A DNA stretch of 64,000 nt from assembly GCF_006345805.1 (NCBI RefSeq), contig NC_043010.1, positions 42,346,001-42,410,000 of the forward strand, read 5' to 3'. Below, piece by piece: positions 52,323-64,000 of the stretch. The notes under the pieces are model-generated. The model saw only the letters and a list, made by a program, of their open reading frames with translations, did no database searches and was not told where the DNA came from. The stretch comes from Octopus sinensis. Lineage: Eukaryota. Positions within the stretch are counted from its first letter, which is position 1, and every line of letters begins with the position of its first letter. Both the position numbers and the translations under genes were made by a program.

Positions 52323-53887
52323 CATTCATGTGTCAACATATGTAACTTGTTTAAAAAGAAAACATATTCTTCGCTAATACATGACGCACTGCATAACATG
52401 TGCTTGGAGCCATTGTAGAAGTGAGGCAGTTTACATTCTCTGTAAAACACAAAAGAGAAAACTGAAAATGCAGTATGAAATATAACAAAAATGTTTCTTC
52501 GTAATATTGGCACTGGTATAGGCTTTATATTGAAATCAATCGATACAGGATTAGAAATTCGTTATTTAACTCGTGATTAATTTTATAACCTTTTCAGGAT
52601 AACTACGAAAGTTTTTTTCTCCTTTGTGTAGTTCACCGATGAAGTCGAAAAGCAAAATGTTTGCAACGGTAAAATCAAGCCACCCCTTCCGTTTTCTTTT
52701 CCTTTTTCTTTTTACTTTTTTAATTTTCTGCCTTTTATTACAATGCTTTGCTTTTTAAATGAGCTCCGTTTTTATGTTCAATTGAACTTCTGGAATTTCT
52801 CTTCTCAAAATAATCAACGTTTTACTATTATAAAATATCAACAATGACAAAATGGAATAGTAGTGATGGTGGTGTGTGTGTGTGTGTGTGTGTTGATTTT
52901 ATTGTACATATTTATGTAATAGATGGTGGTGAATTGCAGAAACGTTAAAGATGCCAGATAATATGCCTTCTATTATATATTTACATCCTGTTACGCCTAT
53001 TCCTTTCATCTCTTCAAATTCGATAAAATAATACCAGTTATATACTGACGACTATTGAATCAACTTTCATTTGTATTAATATAACTCACTCTTATTCTGT
53101 CTATAGAGTTAAATTTCGTCTATGGAGTGGAGTTCTGTTTCGCGGGTGGAATTGTATATCGTTCTCTGATTTTAATAAACAACTTTGACTTCGAAACTAT
53201 GAAGTCTTTTCATTTTTACTTCATTGATACTATGGGCCTGATTCAAAGTTCTAAGCGCCCCGACTTCACCAGCAAATATTTGCCTTGAACGTTGTCAAGA
53301 TAGATGATTATTGTTGCTTATGATATTACAATATTGAATCGCAGGTTTCTCTCTCATTCACTCTTTTAGTCAGTTTATAGAAATTCATTTACATTATGTT
53401 AACGTTTTACCAGATGTGTGCATCTTTTAAAGAATTGCTCCTGTGCGAGCGCGCACGTGTTGGTGGGGGGGGGTGATGGATCCACACTTTCAATTTTGGT
53501 TCTGGAAAAAATTTTGGTACATCTGACACATTGCTATTGCAACCAATCCACGAGCAATGAATTTCTAGCACTTAACCCGCTGCTCGGTTTAACACCTGGC
53601 CCCTTGAAAGACAAATTGAGTTCACTTTTTCGGTTTAAAGATTACGTCCTTTGTCTCTTTATTTGCCTCGGAGGCCTTGTAAAGGATCATGAGCCATGCT
53701 TTCCCTCCTGACAAAAAAATAAAATAAAAGGGAAAATAATCATTTAAATCATATTGAGATTCGTGATTACACCCACCCGATTTTTCTCAGTGAGTCGATG
53801 ATGTACCACTGAATTCATTATGAAGAACCTATGAAGGTTCTTTGGGGCCAGAAGAGAGTTGTACAAGAAGAACAGAACTGTGTGTAT

Positions 53888-54002
53888 CGCAGGCGCAGCT
53901 GTGTGGTAAGAAGCTTGCTTCACAATCACATGGTTTCGGGTTCAGTCTCACTGCGTCGAACATTGGGCAAGTGTCTTATACTTGAGCCAACCAAAACCTT
54001 GT
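53888..54002 (+). mobile_element. SINE family A head fragment
   Basis: aggcgcagctgtgtggtaagaagcttgctt...gggttcagtctcactgcgt...tgggcaagtgtctt. Confidence 0.85.
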
Positions 54003-54305
54003 TGTGGAGGCACATGGCCTAGTGGTTAGAGCAGCGGACTCGCGGTCGAGGGATCGCGGGTTCGAATCTCAGACCGGGCGATGTGTGTGCTTATGAGCGA
54101 AACACCTAAGCTCCACGCGGTTCTGGCAGAAGGTAATGGCGAACTTCTGCTGACTCTTTCGCCACAACTTTTTCTCACTCTTTCCTCTTGCATCTAGCAG
54201 CTCACCTGCGACGGACCGGCGTCCTGTCCAGGTGGGGAACCTATACGTCAAGGAAACCAGGAAACCGGCCCTTATGAGCCAGGCACGGCTCGAGAAGGAA
54301 CAAAC
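54003..54305 (+). mobile_element. SINE family C2 (same tRNA-like head as C1, different tail)
   Basis: A box tggcctagtgg and B box ggttcgaatc. About the first 185 nt align to C1; the tail is distinct and ends aacaaacaac. Confidence 0.88.
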
Positions 54306-54975
54306 AACAGAACTGTGTGGATATAAGAAATACTTTTCTTGATGCGTGGAGTGGTGTGTACAGAAATAAAAATTCGATTACACAAATGAAATAACAATTC
54401 AGTTGTTCCTCCCAAATTATAGGCTCAGTAAATCCCATGGTTCCTTTGCCAGTTGGCGATCAGTAATTTCAGTTAGTAAATATGTGACACTCATATTTTG
54501 TTCCGATCAGAAACAACATATTCACAATAAGCGTAATGTTTTATTAAGCTGGTCTGTAATGTTTTTTCGATACTTTAATGTAAAGTCAATTCATTTCAAA
54601 TATAGTAGACCTTGTCAGCAATACACGTATGTGTCATACTATAGTATAGACAAAATTCAGGCGATTATGTAATATACAAATTTGTTTTTTTTGCACACAA
54701 ACCAATATAGCAAACATTCTTAAATAGATTCGGCCAATCAGAAGCAACTATATTTAAATCTCTTCTTTAATTAAATTACAATTTATCAAGGAACTTTATT
54801 ATTGAAAGTTATAGTATTTTATAAATAGGATTGTAGATGAAAACTCTTTTGAAAAATGTTTTAGAAAACAGTCTATAGCGATTGAATTGACAAAAGTTAT
54901 ACTCAATAACTATAATAACTATCATCACGTTTATGTTCTTTGTTCGACAGTGCTGTTGTAATGTATGTGTGTGTA

Positions 54976-55034
<59 letters not shown>

Positions 55035-55112
55035 GTGTGTGTGTGTGTGTGTGTGCATTACGTGCGTACGTACGAATATATGTACTTATTGATATTATAC
55101 GTTCCAACGTAG

Positions 55113-55327
55113 AAGGCGGCGAGCTGGCAGAAACGTTAGCACGTCGGGCGAAATGCGTAACCGTATTTCGTCTACAGAGTTCAAATTCCGCCGAGGTCGA
55201 CTTTGCCTTTCGGGGTCGATAAATTAAGTACCAGTTACGCACTGGGGTCGATGTAATCGACTTAATCCGTTTGTCTGTCCTTGTTTGTCCCCTCTGTGTT
55301 TAGCTCCTTGTGGGTAGTAAAGAAATA
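55113..55327 (+). mobile_element. SINE family B, 22-bp TSD (1 mismatch), two short internal deletions
   Basis: gatattatacgttccaac(g/a)tag at 55091-55112 and 55328-55349. Confidence 0.92.
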
Positions 55328-55821
55328 GATATTATACGTTCCAACATAGTCTTCTGTAGAACAAAATATCGTTTTTTTTTTGTTGTTTTTTCTAATGATT
55401 TTGTCCATTAGACGGCGATCATACTGGAACACTAGATAAGTTAGTTATAAGGGGTTTCCTCACTTAAATTCATCATTAGCAACCTCATATTCACCATCGT
55501 CAGTTCCAGTTACTTTGTAGTCCCCTTTGATTTCGTTATTGTTAGCTTAACTGTCGACACTGTAAGATGGAGCGAATTATTTTATGAACAGACATTTATA
55601 TCCGTGAACACTGTCGCAGAATTGTAGAATAATATAAGCATTAAAAAGTTCTGTAAAGGATTTTCAGCATGTCACAAATACGTAAATATATGTATTAATC
55701 GACATCGAACTGACTTTGATTACCGAAGATGATTCGGGAATGATGAATAAAAAAGCTGTTCACTGTAGTTTGTCATAGAGAATACAAATTCTTGCTAAGA
55801 ACAAAAAGGTGTTAAAATACC

Positions 55822-56053
55822 TATTTTTTTACTACCCACAAGGGGCTAAACACAGAGAGGACAAACAAGGACAGACAAATGGATTAAGTCGATTACATCG
55901 ACCCCAGTGCGTAACTCGTATTTATTTAATCGACCCCAAAAGGATGAAAAGCAAAGTCGACCTCGGCGGAATTTGAACTCAGAACGTAACGGCAGACGAA
56001 ATACGGCTACGCATTTCGCCCGGCGTACTAACGTTTCTGCCAGCTCGCCGCTC
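55822..56053 (-). mobile_element. SINE family B, 13-bp TSD
   Basis: gtgttaaaatacc at 55809-55821 and 56054-56066. Confidence 0.92.
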
Positions 56054-56631
56054 GTGTTAAAATACCGTCGTCAGCTTAGAGCGCCCTCTGTTGGACTGAT
56101 TAATGCATTTCGAACTTGTTTGTTCTCTTCAACTCCAGATAGCAACAAAAACAACTTATTAGGAAGTAAAGCTTCCTTTATTGTAACCCAGTAAATTATA
56201 TTTACTGGTTTTCCATATTGGCTGCCAGGCCGGAACAAATACGTGTATAGATGCACGAAGCAGCAAAGGAAAGTGTTCAAACTGGATACCAGTTCAAATA
56301 TGTGTGCAAGATATTTCAGCTGCAGGCCTATCACTGCAGTTTTTCATGATGAAAAAAATATTCACTCACGAAAAAAAGGTGTTAAAACGCCGGGTACAAT
56401 GTGTTGACTATCGTATTTTAATACTTTTTGTCTTAAGCGAGAATTTATTTTAGCCATGACAAACTGCACTGAACAACCTTTACACATTCAAATATCTTTC
56501 AACCATATCTGAACTGGTATTTGGTTTTTATATATGCGTGTGTGCGTGCGCGTGCGTGCGTGTATATCTATGTACGTATATATACATATATATACATATA
56601 TGAATGTATATACATCTGCATACATATATGT

Positions 56632-56844
56632 ATTTCACTACTGCCCACAAGGGGCTAAACACAGAGGGGACAAACGGATTAAGTCGATTACATCGACCCC
56701 AGGGCGTAACTGGTACTTAATTTATCGACCCCGAAAGGATGAAAGGCAAAGTCGACCTCGGCGGAATTTGAACTCAGAACGTAACGGCAGACGAAATACG
56801 GCTACAACTTTCGCCCGGCGTGCTAACGATTCTGCCAGCTCGCC
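56632..56844 (-). mobile_element. SINE family B, 14-bp TSD (1 mismatch)
   Basis: gcatacat(a/t)tatgt at 56618-56631 and 56845-56858. Confidence 0.9.
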
Positions 56845-57106
56845 GCATACATTTATGTGTGTATGTGTGCGCGAGCGTGTGTATATGCGTGTGCATGTGT
56901 ACAGACACACATATGAGCAAACATATTCCAAAGAGAATGGTGTTGATCTTCGTCGACAAGGCTTGCATTAAATAGTAAAATCGACAAAAGGAGTGCAATG
57001 AAGTTGCCGTGGGGAGCCGAATATTCAATCTTTCGGACAGTCCTTCTTCGAGAAAAGTTAACAGAGGAGAAATTAATGAGACACAGCAGCACAGTTTTAC
57101 ATCATC

Positions 57107-57252
57107 TAAGAAAAACTGGCTGCTTTCCAACCACCTGGTTCCAGATTCAGTCCTAGTGCGTGATACCTTGGGCAAGTGTCTTCTACTATAGCTTTGGGCT
57201 GACCAAAGCCTTGAGAGTGGATTTGGCAGACAGAAACTGAAAGAAGCCCGTC

Positions 57253-57295
<43 letters not shown>
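57107..57295 (+). mobile_element. SINE family A, 5' half ending in (TG)n followed by (CG)n
   Basis: accttgggcaagtgtcttctactatagc...gaaactgaaagaagcccgtcgtata. Confidence 0.85.
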
Positions 57296-57303
<8 letters not shown>

Positions 57304-58223
57304 CGCGCGCACTGGTTGAGGTGTTTTCAAAGTACCCGCAAACTCATGTTTCACTCATATGATTGCGGTGAACCAGTAGCTATAATAGAAAGTTCTTGTC
57401 GACAGAGTCACGTAGTAGAATCGAACCTGAAAACATTTGGCTATGAAATGAATTTGTCAACCACCCAGCCACGCCTACGCACAGTTTGAATCTCGTTTGA
57501 CAGAGAACAATTACTCTTTTTGTTGTGAGACGTAAATAAGATTTCCGTAAATTGACCAAAATCAATAGACAACGGCATGTGTTCTTATTATGGTTTCTGC
57601 CGCTCGAACAGAATATCCGTAATTTGCCAATGTCTTTGCAAACAGTACCATTTTTTTTTTTTTATCTTGCAAGAAAAAAAAATACATCAGACTACCAGGA
57701 AATTTGTGTTATAAGAAAGAGATTCTCTCATGATTAATGTTCAATGAACGCTTAGAAAACAAAATTCTCAATTTCATGCACACCACCTTATCAGTAATAC
57801 AAACTGAAACTAATCTAATCTTATATTTATTGTGATTATTCTTTTTCATCATTTAATTGTCTCCAAATATATATTTGACGCGAAACACAAAGAACCACAT
57901 AATGTTGAGTAAATAACTTGATATTATCTGGTAACTGAAGTGAAAAACAGTCATAATCGTAGTCCATATTCTGGCCAACTTTCAGCAGTGTTCATCTACG
58001 AAATGGGCGTATATTCTGTATAGTGGATATATACAAGGGCAAGTTAACCGACACCATTTTCAAACAGGCTCTCAAGTCATGTGATGAGCAGTGGATTGGT
58101 GTCATCAATATCTTATGGCTGTTACTCCTTAGACTCACGTTGCTATGGATTGAGCAGATCTATGATCATACACCTTCCAGCCATGACTAGCCTGTCTTTT
58201 TCGGGTATCATTGTATCTGATTC

Positions 58224-58506
58224 TATAATAACAAAATAATGAATAAAACATATGCATATAAACATACATATATGTACGTACCTACTTCTATATGGATATA
58301 TACATGCATATATGGGTACAAGACACCAAAATACGTCGAACACAATGAGAAACGAAAACAAAAACGTTTTTATGTTTTCGTTTCTCATTGTGTTCGACGT
58401 TTTTTTAGTGTCCTATACCCATATATGCATGTATATATCCATATAGATGTAGGTACGTACATATATGTATATATGCATATGTTTTATTTATTATTTTGTT
58501 ATTATA
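58224..58506. repeat. 283-bp foldback made of two inverted family E fragments
   Basis: Centre aaaac|gtttt at 58365/58366; arms of about 140 bp. Confidence 0.92.
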
Positions 58507-60379
58507 TGATGGAACGCCACGCATCCACTTCCAAGTAAGTTTTATCTAATTCTATAGCCTAATATGATCTCAGATGTCATCATTTTTTAAGAAATAGCAT
58601 ATAATTTTTAACATTTTCTAGCTACTTCCAGGAGCTTAAGAGGCCTATATTAAATAGTTTGAATCGGCAACGGTTAAGTAAACAGTTGTAGCAAGTCAGG
58701 CAAATCAATTTCAGTCAACGTTACGACATGCTAAGACAGAATATATTCGCTTGTATAAAAAGCCTGTTACCTGTAGCAGCAGGTGAACAGATGTCGGCGT
58801 ATTACTTAAAAAGGACAATAGCGTGTACGATTTTGACGTTGCTTTAGTCCATTTGGAAGCAAAAAAAGAAAGAGTGTGCGTAGGAATACTATTTGTTTAT
58901 AATGGCATAGCCTCTAACTATGTCGTGGTCTCCAATTTGGTTTTGAAATGGCGTGGGAGTGAATATTTCTGAATATATTTCAGTCAGAATGTATTTTTGT
59001 CAGAATCACTAAGATGTTAGTCCGATCAAATCACAGCTTGTATTCTGCTAAGCACAGCACCACACAGCTGGTTTGAACATTGGTCTTTCCCAACTATTCG
59101 TCAAGTTTGCGCAAATTTTACGATTGATACTAACGAGAAAATCCGTTGTTGTTGCAGCCATTGTAGCATGCTGAGTTATAAGAAAAGATCTCCAATACTA
59201 GAAAGTGAAATCGGTTTCAGCTCATTAATTCTCACCTTAAAGCAGCAGAACGGACAGGTACGAAGTTCTACGGCAAGAGAATGAACCGATGAACTGATGA
59301 GTACAACATGATACTGAAAAGCAGAGCTCCAAATTTGTAATTAGGTAGTTTACGTTTATGGGTCACTTTCGGGGAAACAGCAGCTTGCATATTATTTTAA
59401 GCACCATGCAGCTCCATTTAGAAATATTATTGCTTAGTTATTAACTAGAATGATCTACAAGGATCTAGAAATGTTGGTTTAAAGAAAGCGTTTCTCATCT
59501 GATTGGAAGAAGACTTAATCCATCACCCGGCTTAACACCACCATCTGGTTTAGGTGGCCTTAGCAGAGTTTATTCTCTTCTAAACAATCGAACCAGGACT
59601 CTGATATTATAACATCCCACCATCCTCGGAGACTCTAAAAATAAAAGGCTGTGAGATTTGCCTTACCCCAAAACTAAGCTGCGAAAACGTTTGCGATTAA
59701 CCAGCGTTGCAATCAAGTAACAGAAAAAAAACAAAACATCTACAGCTGGACACCGAGTTGCAAACTGAAAAGTCAACACGAGTTAGAAATGGGGGTGATT
59801 ATCAGCATTAGTTAGGAGAGGACATCTCTTGGACGAGTTTCATTTGTTGAACGTGGAGAAATAAATGCAGAAGTAATTTAGCATACTCAAAACCATATCG
59901 AGAATTTCGTGAAAATTGTAGCTTCAGAGATACGATAGCCGTCTTGTGCCAGAACTAACTGGGAACTAAATATGCCTTGATATACTGCTTATGTTCTTTT
60001 CAATTGCAGAGGGTTTGAGGAAATCTGGAGCTACATTAGGCTGGCCTCACATATTAGAAGAAAATATTGAAAAACTCCACGATAAACAGCAGAATCAAAT
60101 GAAGTGCAAATCTGATCTTTCCATATTACTTTCAACGAAAAATGAGGTGAACAAGGATGCAGATTATCACCCACGTATTCTTCAGTATACTTTTTATTTT
60201 TCTGCATGAGACCAAACACGATTTCCAAGAGAATAAACGTTTTAAAATGTGAAAAACGTTTCTTTCGGCGACATAACATAGGCGGCTTGTTTATAGTATT
60301 CTAGTTCACCTGCGTCATATTCTAGTCCTCACTAAGCGCACGAGTTTTCCGAAGCAGTATTCACAACTTTCTTGAAACA

Positions 60380-60384
60380 TGTAT

Positions 60385-60427
<43 letters not shown>

Positions 60428-61102
60428 ATATATATATAATATATATATATTATATACACACACACACACATACTTACATATATATATGTATATTTATACA
60501 TATATATATCCACATATATATACATATATACATTATACATACATATATATATATATGTACATATATATATACATATATATATATATATACATATATATAT
60601 GTATCTATATACATATATATTATATATATATATGTATATGTATACATACATTTATATATATATACCTATGTATATGTATACATACATATATATATATATA
60701 GATATATACATATATACATATATATATATATACATATATCATATACTATATATTATATATATATTATATATACGTATATATATATAATGCCTGAGAGATT
60801 TGCATGGTGTGGGTGTAGGTTTCTTTAAAACTAAACTGGATCTCTTCTTGTCGGGGGTCCCAGATGAACCTACCTCTCGGCAGGAGACACAGATGCAGGC
60901 AGCGGCATCGAACTCCCTTGTTGACCAAGTGCCACGTATCAGAGGTGGATTCACATACTAGTGTAGCTCATTCAGCGGTGGTGCTCCAGCATGGCCGCAG
61001 CCTTCGGGCTGAAACATTTTAAGGATTTAAGGATTTTATATATATACATATAATATATTATACGTATATATATATATGTATATATATAATATATATACAT
61101 GT

Positions 61103-61147
<45 letters not shown>

Positions 61148-61203
61148 GCATACATATATATAATATATATATACTATATACATATATATATACATATATA
61201 TAC

Positions 61204-61238
<35 letters not shown>

Positions 61239-61280
61239 CATACATACGAATATATATATATACATACATACATACATATT

Positions 61281-61349
<69 letters not shown>

Positions 61350-61365
61350 TATATATATATATAAT
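60380..61365. repeat. Very long degenerate (TA)n/(TACA)n tract interrupted by a LINE tail
   Basis: Direct reading. Confidence 0.95.
60788..61038 (+). mobile_element. CR1/Jockey-group LINE 3' end (ORF2 C-terminus, 3' UTR and (TTTAAGGA)n tail)
   Basis: 60791-60961 reads [56 protein letters not shown], matching the FK.KLD.FL..VPD.P...AA.SNSL..Q terminus. Confidence 0.85.
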
Positions 61366-61429
61366 AGGTCATCCATAGTTCTATCCGAATTTTGAATAAA
61401 GAAAACATGTGATCAAATGTTATATTTAA

Positions 61430-61735
61430 TTGAATTTACCTTCGAAACGCGGAGTAGATGAAACAGGGACAACTGAAAAAGGAGAATATTCTTTATGTTG
61501 TGTGTCTCGTTTCTCTGTTTCTTTCCTTATTCGAAAAAAAGTTCATTTCTAAGTTTTTGTTTCTATGTTTTCGTTTCCCATTGTGTTCAATGTTTTTTTT
61601 TATGTCCTATACCCATATATGCATGTATATATACATATATATGTAGGTGTGTACATATAATATATATATATGCATATGTTATTATATCATTTTATGATCG
61701 AATGCCCCACATCCTTTTCCAAGTAAATTTTATAT
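61430..61735 (+). repeat. Repeat family E copy
   Basis: Aligns to 6615-6860 and 58366-58540. Confidence 0.75.
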
Positions 61736-61788
61736 AAATATTTCGTTTTTCGATTTGGTTTGCAAGATTCTTTATATATATACATATA

Positions 61789-61849
<61 letters not shown>

Positions 61850-61971
61850 TACATATAAACATATACTATACACACGTATATTATATATATGCATATATAT
61901 ATATACTTACACATACATATATACATACGTACACATATATACATATATATCCGTACATATATATATATATT

Positions 61972-62198
61972 TATTCTTTTATTTGTTTCAGTCATTTCAC
62001 TACGGCCATGCTTGAGCACCGCTTTTAGTCGAACGCCAGGACTTATTCTTTGTAAGCCTAGTTCCTATCCTATCGGTTTCTTTTGTCGAACCGCTAAGTT
62101 ACCGGTTAATAAATACACCACATCTGTTGTCAAGTGATGGTGGGGGACAAACACAAACACAAACACACACACACACACAAATATATATATATATATAA

Positions 62199-62263
<65 letters not shown>

Positions 62264-62435
62264 ATATACGACAGGCTTCTTTCAGTTTCCGTCTACCAAA
62301 TCCAGTCACAAGGCTTTGGTCGGCTCGAGGCTATAGTAGAAGGCACAAAGCGCCCAAAGTGCCACGCAGTGGAACTGAACCCAAAACCATGAGGTTGATA
62401 AGCAAGCTTGTTACCACACAGCTATGCCTGCGCCT
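61972..62435 (-). mobile_element. SINE family A
   Basis: Reverse complement of the family consensus seen in this window. Confidence 0.9.
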
Positions 62436-62448
62436 ATATATATATATA

Positions 62449-62691
62449 GTGTGTGTGTGTGTGTGGGTGTGTGTTTGTGTGTCTATGTTTTGCCCCCCCC
62501 CCTCCCAACATCGCTTGACAACCGATGCTGGTGTGTTTACGTCCCGTAGCTTAGCGGTTCGACAAAAGAGACCCATAGAATAAGTACTGGGCTTACAAAG
62601 AATAAGTCCTGGGGTCTATTTGTTCGACTAAAGGCGTTAATCCAGCATGGCCACAGCCAAATGACTGAAACAAGTGAAAGAGTGAAAGAGT
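62449..62691 (+). mobile_element. SINE family A, 3' half starting at the internal microsatellite
   Basis: cgcttgacaaccgatgctggtgtgtttacgtcc...ccagcatggccacagccaaatgactgaaacaagtgaaagag. Confidence 0.88.
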
Positions 62692-62720
62692 ATATATTTA
62701 TGTATGTATATATGTATGTA

Positions 62721-62813
<93 letters not shown>

Positions 62814-64000
62814 CATATATACTGTATGTTAAGGTATTGATATTGGAAGGTTTGGAGATATAGATATATATGTGCATATTTATAATGTTTATTCTTGTGT
62901 ATATATATATATATGTGTGGTGTGTGTGTGTGTGTGCGCGCGCGTGTATATGTGTGTACAATACACTCACATACACTATGTACATACACTCCACGAGTTT
63001 GTTTTTCACGAAAGTCTCTGAGAGAGAGAGAGAAAGAGAGAGAGACCGAGAGAGAGAGACAGAGGGAGGATGCTTGTGAGTGCATGTGCGTGTAACGGTA
63101 AAGAAACAGTGAATAACTGGAGTTTTTCTTGAATAATCATCCAATCAAAGTGATATCCACTAATCTCAGTTTTCTCCCCACCTTTAATGAATTCTGAAGC
63201 CTGGTGTTGTCATTGTGTAAAATGAAAATGAAGGGAAAGAAATGCGACTGGTGTTTCTTACAGATATTCATCACGGCAACAAACTGAAATAGTTGTAAGA
63301 AAATACTGATAATCACTAGACTTATGCAGCTGACACTACTCTATCATTAATACTTCAGTGAAACCAACCTGTTTGCTAAACCTATTTATCTATATAGTGA
63401 TTAGCCCATCTATTCAACCATCTGGCGTGTATTTATTTTACCAGCCTCTATCCGTCTTCCATCTACCCAAGTTACCGTCTTACCATATAGTCAGCAAGTT
63501 ATTCTCGTGCAAGCCATCTCATTAGTTTTACTGTGTATCGTGACCACGTCGATTGCAGCTACATGTCGGGAGAGAGAAAAGTTCGAACGTAGGCTAACAT
63601 AGAAATCACACTGGAAGAATAACAGTGCAGCGAAAATTACCATGAGATGCTGAACGACAGATAGGCGAAGAGAGAGAGAGAGAGAGAGAGAGAAAGAAGA
63701 GATAAACTGTCAGGAAGGAAGAACAGAACGTCTAGCCAGAACGAGGTATGACTGTATTAAGCGATGTTCTACAGCGAGCCTTGTTCCTCGGTGGAACGGT
63801 ATAGCAACTGAAGGACCGATCACCACATACGCTTCCATACACCACACCAATACTCATAGATAACTTCACTTTACATGGACCTCTTTCCTGGCTAATGCAT
63901 GACTGCATATAGGAAATAAACGTGAGAGGCTGGTGTATACAGGCAGACTCTGTTGCAGTGTTTATCGAGCATCTAAGAATTGTTGGAGAAGGCACGAAGG

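Noticed and set aside
54003-54080. Functional tRNA gene (also 11330-11403)
   Set aside because: A and B boxes are present, but the acceptor and anticodon stems do not close and the sequence continues into a SINE body.
57257-57312. (TG)n(CG)n Z-DNA element (also near 12462 and 15004)
   Set aside because: Z-forming potential is plausible, but such tracts are common microsatellite derivatives here with no sign of function.
59290-59335. Hammerhead-like CTGATGA-GTA...TAC-T-GAAA
   Set aside because: Helix I has no complementarity and the helix III register needs extra insertions.
59480-59900. Tc1-like transposase fossil
   Set aside because: Only faint motif resemblance (VERGEINAEV) with many stops, and no TIRs found.
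63564-64000. LTR, or the 87-aa ORF at the window end
   Set aside because: No second LTR, PBS or recognisable domain; truncated by the window edge.

Overview
AT-rich, microsatellite-saturated eukaryotic DNA with no supportable protein-coding gene. The ORF track is mostly translated microsatellite or antisense transposon sequence. The repeat content suggests an Octopus (coleoid cephalopod) intron or intergenic region; this is inferred from recalled SINE families, not verified. The window holds: about 30 copies of three tRNA-derived SINE families (labelled A, B, C here); 3' fragments of RTE/BovB-like, R4/Dong-like and CR1-group LINEs; a Penelope-like GIY-YIG fragment; a non-autonomous Helitron; mariner fragments; TA- and 9-bp-TSD MITEs; and several long foldback palindromes. 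Main points: (1) at least four unrelated repeat families carry minimal type I hammerhead ribozyme motifs with palindromic helix III, three with essentially intact cores; (2) a CR1-group LINE tail shares its 3' stem-loop with SINE family A, with a compensatory base-pair change; (3) a composite A-head + C SINE sits inside one target-site duplication; (4) a 9-bp-TSD MITE carries TTAGGG-like repeats; (5) there are several template-switch rearrangements. All alignments and counts were done by eye.
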